Source: Nitrospinota bacterium (lineage in GTDB: Bacteria > JADFOP01). Taken from it: a DNA stretch of 35,966 nt. The translations under genes and the position numbers were made by a program. Below the pieces are notes generated by a model. The model was not told where the DNA came from and searched no databases. It worked only from the letters and a program-made list of their open reading frames with translations. This document shows positions 10,678 to 19,986 of this stretch, one piece after another (positions within the stretch are counted from its first letter, which is position 1; every line of letters starts with the position of its first letter). The DNA lies in NCBI GenBank assembly GCA_022562795.1, contig JADFOP010000018.1:1-35966 (forward strand), in the 5' to 3' direction.

Positions 10678-11604
10678 CTAAGACCGCTCAATTTCCGCAA
10701 TCGCCGCCGGAATGCCTTCTCGATAGGTTGGATATTTCGGTCTCCAGCCAAGGAGCTCTTTCGCCTTCCTGTTTCTAACTTTGCAGTTCATCGTCAGGGC
10801 CTCGGAAACGACGCTTCCCGCAACTGTGGCCGCGACCCATTTAGGAAGGGACTTGACGGGCGGCCTACCCATTTGCTCCGCTACAAAGTTGGCAAAATCC
10901 ACGGTTTTCGTCGGTTCGTCATCGACGAGGGCAATGGCTTCGCCAACCGGGAGTCTCTCCGCCGCGAGCCGGTAGGCTTCCGCGACATCGTCCACGTGGA
11001 CGTAGGACAAGACATTCTGGCCGTCTCCGAATACCCGAAACCACCCACGTTTCACGAGGCGGTAGACACTTTCCTTGAACCAACTGCCGGCGCCGTAGAC
11101 TCCGCCAGGAAGCATCCTGATAAGGCGGAGGTTCTTCTCCTCCGCGGCTCTTATCGCGAACTCCGTGGCCGGGCTCCCGATTCTGGCAAAGCCCTTCGGG
11201 TCGTAAGGCGCGGTCTCATCGACCCACTCGGGGCCCGATTCGCCAAAGACGAGAATCCCCTCGGAAAGAATGATAGGAATGTCGCCCGCCTCCGCAACCG
11301 CCTCCAAGAGATTCTTGGTCTGTTGGAGTTTCTGATGACTCAGGGTTCGAAGTCGCCGCTCGCCGATCCGTCCCAAAAAGGACGGGGTCGCAAGGTTGAC
11401 AACCACATCTGAGCCCACGACAGCTTCGCGTAACGTCTCCGGCCGGGCTAAGTCCCCGGACGTGGCCGAAGCCCCAAGCTGCTTCAGATAGGCGGATGTG
11501 TCTGGAGTCCGGGCGGGAGCGGAGACTTCGTGGCCTGCTCTCACCAGACTTTTCACCACGCGAGAGCCTATGAAACCCGTTCCGCCAAAGACGAATACTT
11601 TCAT
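10678..11604 (-). CDS. NAD-dependent epimerase/dehydratase (atypical SDR) family protein
   Basis: GGTGFIG Rossmann motif, YVHVDDVA, N.KAKELLGW.PKYPTYREG tail. Confidence 0.85.
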   Translation of the reverse strand: MKVFVFGGTGFIGSRVVKSLVRAGHEVSAPARTPDTSAYLKQLGASATSGDLARPETLREAVVGSDVVVNLATPSFLGRIGERRLRTLSHQKLQQTKNLLEAVAEAGDIPIILSEGILVFGESGPEWVDETAPYDPKGFARIGSPATEFAIRAAEEKNLRLIRMLPGGVYGAGSWFKESVYRLVKRGWFRVFGDGQNVLSYVHVDDVAEAYRLAAERLPVGEAIALVDDEPTKTVDFANFVAEQMGRPPVKSLPKWVAATVAGSVVSEALTMNCKVRNRKAKELLGWRPKYPTYREGIPAAIAEIERS

Positions 11605-11695
11605 GGGATGCTTCTCACTCTTGCGGAGAAGTGGGGGGGGAGAAAGGTTTCATGAGGCCCCGAAGCCTTACTGGACTAGCTCGCTCAACGGGCGC

Positions 11696-13099
11696 TCACT
11701 CGTCGGGGCCCGTCATCTTGTGAGGCTGGACCCAGGCGTCGAACTCTTCGGCGCTGGTCAGGCCAAGCGAGAGGGCGGCCTCGCGCAGCGTCGTCCCCTC
11801 CTCATGCGCCTTCTTGGCGACCTTGGCGGCGTTGTCGTAGCCGATGTGTGGGCTGAGGGCGGTAACCAGCATGAGGGAATTTTCCATAAGCTCGGCGATG
11901 CGCGGCTCGTTGGCCTCGATGCCTACGACACAGTTGTCCGTAAAGCTCATCGAGGCGTCGGCGAGGAGCCGGATGGACTGAAGGAGGTTGGCTATCATAA
12001 CCGGCTTGAAGACGTTCAGTTCGAAGTGCCCGTTCGAGGCGGCAATGCTAATCGTTACGTGATTGCCCATGACCTGGGCGCAGACCATGGTGATGGCTTC
12101 GCACTGGGTGGGATTGACCTTGCCGGGCATTATCGACGAGCCGGGCTCGTTCTCCGGCAGGAGGAGCTCCCCGAGCCCGCCTCGTGGGCCGGAAGCCAGA
12201 AACCGGATGTCGTTGGCGATCTTCATGAGGCTCGTGGCGACGACGTTTAGGGCTCCCGAGGCCTCAACCATCGCGTCGTTCGCCGCGAGAGCTTCGAACT
12301 TGTTCTCCGCCGTGATGAACGGAAGCCCGGTCAGCGCCGCGACCTTCTCCGCAAAAAGCGTATCGAAGCCCTTCTTCGCGCTTAGACCCGTGCCGACGGC
12401 GGTCCCTCCCTGGGCCAACTGGTAGAGGCGTGGGAGTGTGGCCTCGACCCTAGAGACCCCGTACCTCGCTTGCGTCGCGTAGCCTGAGAATTCCTGCCCC
12501 AGTGTCAGGGGTGTGGCGTCTTGGGTGTGTGTGCGGCCGCACTTGATGATGTGGTCGAAGGCCTTCGCTTTCGCCTCAAGGGCGGCCTGGAGATGTAATA
12601 ACGCCGGCAACAAGGAGTGATGAATCTCTTCGCACGCGGCAATGTGCATCGCGGACGGGAAGGTATCGTTTGAGGACTGGCCCATGTTGACGTGGTCGTT
12701 GGGATGGACCGGATGTTTGGCCCCGCGCTCGCCGCCGAGCAGCTCGCTGGCCCGGTTGGCAATCACCTCGTTCGCGTTCATATTGGTTTGCGTCCCGGAG
12801 CCGGTTTGCCATACGACGAGGGGGAACTCTTCGGCAAGCGTCCCATCGATGATTTCCCCGGCCGCCTTGACGATGGCCTCTCCAAGGGTGCGGTCCAAGA
12901 CGCCGAGCTCCATGTTCGTCTCGGCCGCCGCCTTCTTCACGATCCCAAATCCCCGGATCATGGGTTGTGGCATCCGTTCGCTGCCGATGCGAAAATTCTG
13001 CAGAGAACGCTGTGTTTGAGCCCCCCAGTAGCGATCGGCGGGGACCTCAAGAGAACCCATGGAATCGGTCTCGATCCGTTTCGTGGTCTTCTCTGACAT
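11696..13099 (-). CDS. fumC: Class II fumarate hydratase
   Basis: [45 protein letters not shown]. Confidence 0.97.
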   Translation of the reverse strand: MSEKTTKRIETDSMGSLEVPADRYWGAQTQRSLQNFRIGSERMPQPMIRGFGIVKKAAAETNMELGVLDRTLGEAIVKAAGEIIDGTLAEEFPLVVWQTGSGTQTNMNANEVIANRASELLGGERGAKHPVHPNDHVNMGQSSNDTFPSAMHIAACEEIHHSLLPALLHLQAALEAKAKAFDHIIKCGRTHTQDATPLTLGQEFSGYATQARYGVSRVEATLPRLYQLAQGGTAVGTGLSAKKGFDTLFAEKVAALTGLPFITAENKFEALAANDAMVEASGALNVVATSLMKIANDIRFLASGPRGGLGELLLPENEPGSSIMPGKVNPTQCEAITMVCAQVMGNHVTISIAASNGHFELNVFKPVMIANLLQSIRLLADASMSFTDNCVVGIEANEPRIAELMENSLMLVTALSPHIGYDNAAKVAKKAHEEGTTLREAALSLGLTSAEEFDAWVQPHKMTGPDE

Positions 13100-13229
13100 G
13101 GCAACCTCAAGGATAGATAAACGTACTCGTTAGGCGAGGCATAAGAATATCAAATCTCCGCTGGAAAAGAAACTCTTCCCCAGGTATCTACATCATGGAT
13201 TATTCCTAAGAGGCTGGTGGGCGGGGGGA

Positions 13230-13424
13230 CTAAGGTGGGGTGGAGGTGGCCTTCCTTTTTACCCTCATCTTCTTACGCTCAAACAAAAGACAGGGCGCGC
13301 CTGAGGCTCTCTTCACAAGTCGCGACGGAATCTCCAGGCTCATGAATCCCATCGCGCGGCACCCGTGCGGATATTTCTTCCTCCAGGTGACGTAGTAGTG
13401 CCTGCATTTGCGACAGTTGATCAT
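13230..13424 (-). CDS. Small basic four-Cys conserved hypothetical protein
   Basis: MINCRKCRHYYVTW...PHGCRAMGF.S...PS..V...SG.PC..FE.K; ATG 13424 is the likely start. Confidence 0.7.
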   Translation of the reverse strand: MINCRKCRHYYVTWRKKYPHGCRAMGFMSLEIPSRLVKRASGAPCLLFERKKMRVKRKATSTPP

Positions 13425-13595
13425 CGCTTCGCGCCCCGCTGGCAACGTCGCTCCCTCGAAAGAGAATGCGCTCATCTCGCGCACTCGCTCTCCTCGTCTT
13501 CGGATATAAATTAAGCAAGTTTAGTGCCAGCGCCCCCACGAGACCCCACGAGCCGTTGCGAATCCATCACGTAGAGACGAGCATCCAATGAAAAC

Positions 13596-15941
13596 TCATT
13601 GAGGAACCTGATCTGATACCAGCGAATACTTCTTTACGTTGGATACGAGCCGTTTGACCTCCTCCAGGTCCCCGGTCGGCAGCCTGCAGATGTTGTTTTC
13701 GCACACGTAAACTGTAGTCTGCTTATCAATCATTGGCTTTCGCTCGAGCAACGCGATGGTGTCGCCTTCCTCGGGCAGTCCTACCCCCAGGGTCTTATTC
13801 GGCAGAAAACTGCCCCAGAGCCATGCCACCAGCGCCTTGGTGCGGGTATCGTCGGCGGGTCCAATTACCGCGATCTCCTTGGAACGGTCGAGGTAGTAGT
13901 CGAGCGCGATCAAGGTCTGGGCAAACGCCGCCGGATACCGAGTCAGCTGCTTGCCGTTGGCCAACAGCAGCGCAGCGGCTTTATCCTTGTACGGGGTGTG
14001 AAAGGTGAGATCGTGGAGCTTGAGGAGGTTCAACGCGGAGACGGCGTTGCTGTTGGGGCGGGCCCCGTCTGAAAAATCTACGGAGCGTCGAATCAGGTGG
14101 GGGTCGTTCGCCTTGGAAAAATAATAGGCCCCGATCCCCCCGTCCCAAAGTATCTCGTCTTGCTTTGCCTGAAGCGCCCGCGCCCAGGCAATCCACGACC
14201 GGTCGAAGTCGGCTTCATACAAGCTCAAAAGGCCGGATATGAGGTAGGCGTAGTCATCGAGGTACGCGTCGTAAGCTGCCTGGCCGTCCCGGTAGCGGCG
14301 GACCAGGGAGCCGTTCTTAACCAGGCGGCTTTTGATGAAACGAGCCGCCCGCTGCGCCGCTCTAAGATACCGCTCTTCGCCGAGGACCTGATACGCCTTG
14401 GACATGGAGGCGATCATGAGCCCGTTCCACGCGGTCAGGACTTTATCGTCCTTTAGGGGAGGGACCCTCTGTTGCCGGACCGCCAGGAGCTTCTCGTGGG
14501 CCGACCTCAACAGGGGGCGCGACTTGACCTCCCATCCGTAAGAGGCCTGAAGATTGAGAATGTTGTGGCCGTGCTCGAAGTTCCCGGCATCCGTCGCCCC
14601 GTAAACCTTCTTAAGGAGCGCGAGCTCGGCAGAGTCCAAGTGGCCCTCCAACTCCGAGGCCGTCCAGATATAGAACGCTCCTTCTTTGCCTACGTCGCCC
14701 GCGTCCTGGGCCGAATAAAATCCCCCTTCTGGGTGGGTCATCTCCCGCAACACGTAATCCAGCGTCTCACGCGCCACGGCGGCGTACATCGGGTTGCCGG
14801 TGATCTGATAGGCCTCCAGGTATATCCAGGCGAGCGAAGCGTTGTCGTAGAGCATTTTTTCAAAATGGGGCGCCAGCCATTTCTGATCGGTGGAGTAGCG
14901 GTGAAACCCCCCTCCGAGATGATCGTAGATGCCTCCACGGGCCATTCGATCGAGGGTCGTCTCCACCATCTCAAGCGCCCTCGCCTCTCCAGCTCGATGG
15001 GCCATCCGAAGGAGCATCTGCAACCGCATGGTCGGCGGGAATTTGGGGGCCTTTCCGAAACCGCCAAACTTCTCGTCGAAGCTCGTGGCGAAGGCGTCGT
15101 AGGCGGCCTGGAGGACGCTCTCGTCGAGCTCCAGGGGGCCCTTTGCCAGCTTGTTGCGCTCCCGCAGATACAGGGTCAGCCGTTGCCCGGAGTCTTGAAT
15201 TTTTGAGGGCTCCTTCTCCCAGGAGGCGCTGATTTGCCCCAGGACGTGTAGAAACTGGGCCCTCGGAAAGTAGGTCGCGCCCCAGAAGGGTTTTAAGTCG
15301 GGCGTCAGAAATACGTTCAAGGGCCATCCCCCGCTGCCCCGAATCGCCGAGACCGCGGCCATGTGAATCTTGTCCACGTCCGGACGCTCTTCCCGGTCCA
15401 CCTTGATGCTGATGAAGTTGCGGTTCAGCACCTCGGCGACACCTTCGTTCTCATAGGAATCTTTCTCCATCACGTGGCACCAGTAACAGGTGGAATAGCC
15501 TATGGAGAGCAGGATGATTTTGTTTTCAGCCCGGGCGGCCTCAAAGGCTTCGGGGCCCCAGGAATACCAGTTGACCGGATTGTGCGCGTGTTGGAGAAGA
15601 TAGGGGCTGGCCTCGAAGATGAGCCGGTTGATGAAACGCGGGGCGCCGCTTGAGTGAAGATGGTGCGTGCGGGGCTTATAGTCCGGACCCTTGGCCTGGT
15701 AGGCTTTCTGGAGCTTCTCATCCAACCGTTCATGGAACGGCGCTAATCCGGGCAGGTGGATACGCTCGGGAGCTGATGGGACCATCGTCATCAGAGGGCC
15801 TCGATGCTCCGCCTCTGATTGAGCGTAGGCCCCGCCAGAATGGATGGCCCACCCGATAGCGAGCACGAAAAAGAGGGGAACGTATAGGAGTATTCGATTA
15901 GGAAGCAAGGGCGGCCGCGGGCGATACCAACGCCGACGCAT
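13596..15941 (-). CDS. YyaL/SPATA20-like (DUF255) thioredoxin + alpha/alpha-barrel protein with N-terminal signal or anchor
   Basis: [70 protein letters not shown]. Confidence 0.92.
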   Translation of the reverse strand: MRRRWYRPRPPLLPNRILLYVPLFFVLAIGWAIHSGGAYAQSEAEHRGPLMTMVPSAPERIHLPGLAPFHERLDEKLQKAYQAKGPDYKPRTHHLHSSGAPRFINRLIFEASPYLLQHAHNPVNWYSWGPEAFEAARAENKIILLSIGYSTCYWCHVMEKDSYENEGVAEVLNRNFISIKVDREERPDVDKIHMAAVSAIRGSGGWPLNVFLTPDLKPFWGATYFPRAQFLHVLGQISASWEKEPSKIQDSGQRLTLYLRERNKLAKGPLELDESVLQAAYDAFATSFDEKFGGFGKAPKFPPTMRLQMLLRMAHRAGEARALEMVETTLDRMARGGIYDHLGGGFHRYSTDQKWLAPHFEKMLYDNASLAWIYLEAYQITGNPMYAAVARETLDYVLREMTHPEGGFYSAQDAGDVGKEGAFYIWTASELEGHLDSAELALLKKVYGATDAGNFEHGHNILNLQASYGWEVKSRPLLRSAHEKLLAVRQQRVPPLKDDKVLTAWNGLMIASMSKAYQVLGEERYLRAAQRAARFIKSRLVKNGSLVRRYRDGQAAYDAYLDDYAYLISGLLSLYEADFDRSWIAWARALQAKQDEILWDGGIGAYYFSKANDPHLIRRSVDFSDGARPNSNAVSALNLLKLHDLTFHTPYKDKAAALLLANGKQLTRYPAAFAQTLIALDYYLDRSKEIAVIGPADDTRTKALVAWLWGSFLPNKTLGVGLPEEGDTIALLERKPMIDKQTTVYVCENNICRLPTGDLEEVKRLVSNVKKYSLVSDQVPQ

Positions 15942-16058
15942 CAGGTCTCTCCTTCGCCAGACGCCACGAAAGTCGGGACATTCCTCGAAACTTTAACGAT
16001 TGACTACTCTAGATTGTAGCGGGTTGGAATTCAAGCGTCCGGCAACGCAAGCTCGCCT

Positions 16059-16606
16059 TCCGGCTGAGGCGGACCTCAGGAGGAGTCCCTGTCCGGGAAA
16101 ATTGCCCGCGCCATCCGCCTTAGGCGGACCTCAGGCGGACTACATGGTCTTGTGCCCCTGTAGGGACAGGGTTTACCCCTGTCCGTATCCCCGGTAAAGG
16201 ACGGACAGCCTAAAGGCTGTCCCTACACCGTCGTGTGCCTTTGTAGGGACAGGGTTTACCCTGTCCGTGGGTATGAAGGGCGGGTGGTGTATGCGGAGAG
16301 GGTTTATATATGGGTAGTCGGGCCGACCAAAGGTCGCTTGCGACACCCGGACCCCGACACCACCAGCCCGCCTTAGGCGGACTACATGGTCGTGTGTCCG
16401 TGGGCTAGAAGGGTTCCCTGTCCGAAAAAAAAGGACAGCCACAAGGGCTGTCCCTACAGAAAGGATTGCTAAAAGGAGTCGGGGTCAGGGGCGACCCCGA
16501 CTACCCGGTAAAGGCCGGACGGCTACATTGGCCTAATCCCGTGTAGGGCCCCGCCTCAGGCGTAACCCCGAAACCTTTTTTGGCGGACAGCCACAAGGGT
16601 TTCCCC
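16059..16606. repeat. Cluster of GTAG-type REP-like palindromes and CCGCCTNAGGCGG palindromes
   Basis: TGTAGGGACAGGGTTTACCC(C)TGTCCG at 16159 and 16242; inverted GGACAGCC..GGCTGTCCCTACA at 16203 and 16433; CCGCCTTAGGCGGA at 16115 and 16368. Confidence 0.85.
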
Positions 16607-16632
16607 CCTCCACCGGTCCGCAGGGGCGCGCG

Positions 16633-16661
16633 TTGACAATTGCGACCACTCTGCGTAAGCT
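16633..16661 (+). promoter_or_regulatory. Putative sigma70 promoter
   Basis: TTGACA, 17-bp spacer, TAAGCT. Confidence 0.6.
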
Positions 16662-16735
16662 TGCTCACTGTACAAGAGGCCGGCTTCGGCACTGAAAGCG
16701 CTTCCGAACGGGCGACACTGGAGGGGGGAATACTC

Positions 16736-17068
16736 ATGAAATATCTCGTCATTATGAAGGCCGTGGAGGGTGGGCCGGCCGTGCCGCCGCAGACGATCGT
16801 CAAGCAGGTCGAAGGTCAGGTCTTCCCCAGCTTTGAAATCTTAAAAAGCCTGGAGGAGGAAGGCAAGATAATGGGCGGCGTGTGCGCCGGCGAGCGCAGG
16901 ATCGCGTTCATCGCCAAGGCGGCGGACAACACCGAGGTGGACAACCTTATCAAGAGCCTGCCGCTGTGGGGGATGGCGACGACCGAGGTCACCCCGCTCA
17001 ACGGGTTCGCCGAGCGTCACGAGGCCGACAGTAAATTCATCGCCCAACTGAAGAAGATGGAGAGCTGA
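16736..17068 (+). CDS. Muconolactone delta-isomerase-like / dimeric alpha-beta barrel protein
   Basis: MKYLV start after GGAGG; L.EEGKI.GG..AG, EVDNLIKSLPLW, EVTPL pattern. Confidence 0.6.
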   Translation: MKYLVIMKAVEGGPAVPPQTIVKQVEGQVFPSFEILKSLEEEGKIMGGVCAGERRIAFIAKAADNTEVDNLIKSLPLWGMATTEVTPLNGFAERHEADSKFIAQLKKMES

Positions 17069-17123
17069 GACGGCGCGGGGATAGCTTGAATCCACGCTTT
17101 GGAGCGAAGGCCGGGAGACGTCT

Positions 17124-17888
17124 ATGACCCTCGTTGGAGAGCTCGGGGCGTTTGCCCTGGGCGCCTGTCTCGGGAGCTTCGCCAACGTCCTAATCGATCG
17201 ACTCCCCAGGGGCTTATCGCCCATCCGCCCGCGCTCTTACTGCGAGGCGTGCGGTATCGCTATCCGTACCCTTCACTTAATCCCGGTGGCGGGATATTTC
17301 CTGACCCGGGGTCGGTGCGCTTCGTGCGCCCATCCCATCCCGATGCGGCTGCCCCTTGTGGAAGCCGCCGGCGGTATCTTGGCCGCAGCCAGCTTCGCCC
17401 TCTTCGGCCTCTCCTGGGAATTCCTCTCCAGCACCATCGTGCTTCTGGCCGCTTTAGCCGCGGGCGTCATTGACAGCCGGCACCAGGTGATCCCCGATGC
17501 CATCACCCTGCCGTGCCTGGCGGCGGGCCTGGCGTTGAGCCTACTGCCCGGCCGCCCAACTCCCCTCGAAGCGGTTCTTGGGGTGGCCGTCGCCGGCGGC
17601 CTGTTGGCCCTTGTCGCAATGGTCTATCCGAAGGGGATGGGGGGGGGTGACGTCAAGTTTATGGCCATGACCGGAGCGTTCCTGGGTTGGGCGAAGGCTA
17701 TTGTCGCCCTGTTCACGGCGTCACTGGCGGGAGCAGTGGTGGGCCTGGCTCTCATCGCTCTTGGCCGCCGAAGCCGCCAAGAGCCCATTTCCTTTGGACC
17801 ATTTCTCGCTCTGGGGGTTGCGACGGCTGTCTTTGCGGGCCCCAAAATTACGGCACTCTACGTCGGGTGGGTGTGGGCGCTTCCTTGA
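17124..17888 (+). CDS. pilD: Prepilin peptidase (A24; PilD/GspO)
   Basis: GSFANVLIDRLP, two CxxC pairs, ID..HQVIPD, GMGGGDVK, FGPFLA. Confidence 0.92.
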   Translation: MTLVGELGAFALGACLGSFANVLIDRLPRGLSPIRPRSYCEACGIAIRTLHLIPVAGYFLTRGRCASCAHPIPMRLPLVEAAGGILAAASFALFGLSWEFLSSTIVLLAALAAGVIDSRHQVIPDAITLPCLAAGLALSLLPGRPTPLEAVLGVAVAGGLLALVAMVYPKGMGGGDVKFMAMTGAFLGWAKAIVALFTASLAGAVVGLALIALGRRSRQEPISFGPFLALGVATAVFAGPKITALYVGWVWALP

Positions 17889-17981
17889 TACGGTTATAAA
17901 ACGGCTTGCGCCGGCCCGACATGTGGGTAGAATAGGGAGATGGACTCTAAGATCATGAGCCAACTCCAGGGGAGACATCCC

Positions 17982-18722
17982 ATGAGACGCATCCTCATCC
18001 TCTGCGTCGCCCTTCTCCTTGTGGTCGGTTGCGCGTCGATGAAGACCAGTCGGCTCACGAAGCAGGCGGCCCAGGCGCCCACTTCGGAGAATTACCTCGC
18101 CCTCGGCATCCAACAGCTCAAGGCGAAGGATTACGAGGCGGCCGTCGAGTCGTTTCACCGGTCGCTGAGGCTCGACCCCTCCTCACCGAAAGCGCACCAC
18201 AACCTCGGCGTGGCCTACGTGCGGCTTGGCCGAGACCAGAACGCCTTGAGGGAGTTTCGCCTCTCCCACAACCTCAAGCCGGATTATCAAAAGTTCCTCG
18301 TCCCCTTGAATTCGGTGGGGATCCCCACGGAGCCGCGCTCCCTCGGTGAGCTCAGGCAGGCCGCAGTTTCCAGGCCCAACGACATTCAGGCGGCCTTCGC
18401 CCTGGCCCAGGGCTACCAGCGGGCGGCCCTGCTCGAAGAAGCCGTCGTCCAGTACAGAAAGGTCGCGGCCCGCTCGCCCCGCCATGCCGGAGTACAATAC
18501 GGCCTCGGCAGCACCCTCGCCCAGCTGGGCCGCTACGACGAGGCAAAAGGCCCCCTCCTGCAAGCTATCCGCCTAAAACCCTCCTGGGCCACGCCTCACT
18601 TCACCCTGGGACTAATCCACCTCGTAAGCGGCGACGTAGAGGACGCCTTCGGCGAGTATCAAGTCCTGCAGCAGATTGACGTCAATCTCGCCGACAAACT
18701 CTTTGCAAGAATCTACGAATAG
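17982..18722 (+). CDS. TPR-repeat lipoprotein
   Basis: MRRILILCVALLLVVGC lipobox after a GGAG RBS; TPR motifs AHHNLGVAY, VQYGLGSTL, PHFTLGLIH. Confidence 0.85.
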   Translation: MRRILILCVALLLVVGCASMKTSRLTKQAAQAPTSENYLALGIQQLKAKDYEAAVESFHRSLRLDPSSPKAHHNLGVAYVRLGRDQNALREFRLSHNLKPDYQKFLVPLNSVGIPTEPRSLGELRQAAVSRPNDIQAAFALAQGYQRAALLEEAVVQYRKVAARSPRHAGVQYGLGSTLAQLGRYDEAKGPLLQAIRLKPSWATPHFTLGLIHLVSGDVEDAFGEYQVLQQIDVNLADKLFARIYE

Positions 18723-18840
18723 AAGAGCTCCCTCCCCGGCACGGCGCGGTCCGGATCCAAACGCACATCGGTCCTTCCACCTTTGAGGAGACGTCTAACT
18801 GACTATTCGTTCCAACGGGGTCGGAGAGGTCGCGGGTATT

Positions 18841-19401
18841 TCAGCGGGACCGGGATGGAGGAGACGGGGTCGCTCTCCCTGCGGGGGGGGTGGGCTGCGC
18901 CGGCGTCCGTGGTCGAACCGCCCCGCGCGCTCCAGGACGCGCGGGTGACTTGGGAGTCTTTCTCGGCCTGTGAAGGATGACTTCGAATTTCTCGTTTCCC
19001 AAAGCCATGATGACCCTGTCGCTTTTAACCTCCTTTAACACGTAATCGCCAATCCTTCCACCTTTAGTGAGTGACTTGACCTTGCCCTCAGTCAATTTGG
19101 GCTCTTGGAGAAGCGCAATGGACTTGCCTTTCTCGAGGAGGATAACTCCCTGAAGCACGAAATTCGTTTTTGAGATATCGCCAGAGGGCGGCTCAGGCTC
19201 ATCGGGGGAAGGCGGAGGCCTCTGAGGGATACGCTCGGGATGGAAGAGGTTTTTATCCTCAATGACCGTAAAGTCTGAAAGCGGCGGGAGGGCCCGCCGG
19301 CCTTGCTGCGCGGCGGCGGGCCGGGCCATGAGCAATAAAACTGCCAGGCCGAGGAGCCCCACGGGAAGGAGCCCACACCAAGTTTTGGTGAGCCGAGTCA
19401 C
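18841..19401 (-). CDS. T2SS GspC-like protein (HR domain, no PDZ)
   Basis: N-terminal TM, KNLFHPER, FVLQGVI..IALL, G.RIGDYVLKEVKSDRVI; last gene of the gsp operon. Confidence 0.65.
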   Translation of the reverse strand: MTRLTKTWCGLLPVGLLGLAVLLLMARPAAAQQGRRALPPLSDFTVIEDKNLFHPERIPQRPPPSPDEPEPPSGDISKTNFVLQGVILLEKGKSIALLQEPKLTEGKVKSLTKGGRIGDYVLKEVKSDRVIMALGNEKFEVILHRPRKTPKSPARPGARGAVRPRTPAQPTPPAGRATPSPPSRSR

Positions 19402-19976
19402 GCCTCAACCTTCTTGATGAAGCCAGCAATGGTCATATTCACCTGAATCTCTTTAGGGTTCCGGTGGTTCGGCACCCGGATGGTCCACTTGGGGATGTTG
19501 AGCAGTTTCTGATGGCTCTCAATTCGGTAGAGGAAGTTCTTGAGCTCCCCGACGTTGCAGCGGAAGACGACCTCCACAGGCACCTCCAGCACAGAAGGGT
19601 GCTCGATTGGTTTATCGATCTTCTGGCTAGTGATGTTTACGTTGGTCCGTCGGGCGATCTCCTCGATAATCCGCTGGAGGCGTGCCGCTGCGACCGGGGG
19701 TTTGTCGCCCGGAAGCAGCCTCCGTTTGATGCGATCCATTTCCTTGCGGGTGGCGGCGAGCCGGCCTTTAAGCTTGGATTGGGCCTGGATTTTAAGCTTG
19801 GAGCGCTCGAGCTTGTTCCGCTCATGAAATATCTGGTCTCGGATTCTCTGCGGCCGATAGTACAAGAAGTCCGCCATGTAATCGTAGGAGAAGAAGAGAA
19901 AGACCGCTAGAATAGCTACCCCGATTAGGCGCTTCTCGCGGCGGGAGATTCTCAACTTTGGCAGTTGTCTGGCCAC
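19398..19976 (-). CDS. gspM: T2SS GspM/PilO-like protein
   Basis: SRREKRLI plus TM, coiled coil, L..FLY.IE ferredoxin-like domain; follows gspL. Confidence 0.8.
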   Translation of the reverse strand: MARQLPKLRISRREKRLIGVAILAVFLFFSYDYMADFLYYRPQRIRDQIFHERNKLERSKLKIQAQSKLKGRLAATRKEMDRIKRRLLPGDKPPVAAARLQRIIEEIARRTNVNITSQKIDKPIEHPSVLEVPVEVVFRCNVGELKNFLYRIESHQKLLNIPKWTIRVPNHRNPKEIQVNMTIAGFIKKVEA

Positions 19977-19986
19977 AGCGTCGCCC

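Noticed and set aside
10630-10720. Tn7-like insertion at attTn7 downstream of glmS
   Set aside because: No TGT-starting end, TnsB-site repeats, 5-bp duplication or tns genes; an SDR gene ends 15 bp after glmS.
16059-16606. CRISPR array
   Set aside because: Repeats alternate in orientation with irregular spacing, and there are no cas genes; this fits REP elements.
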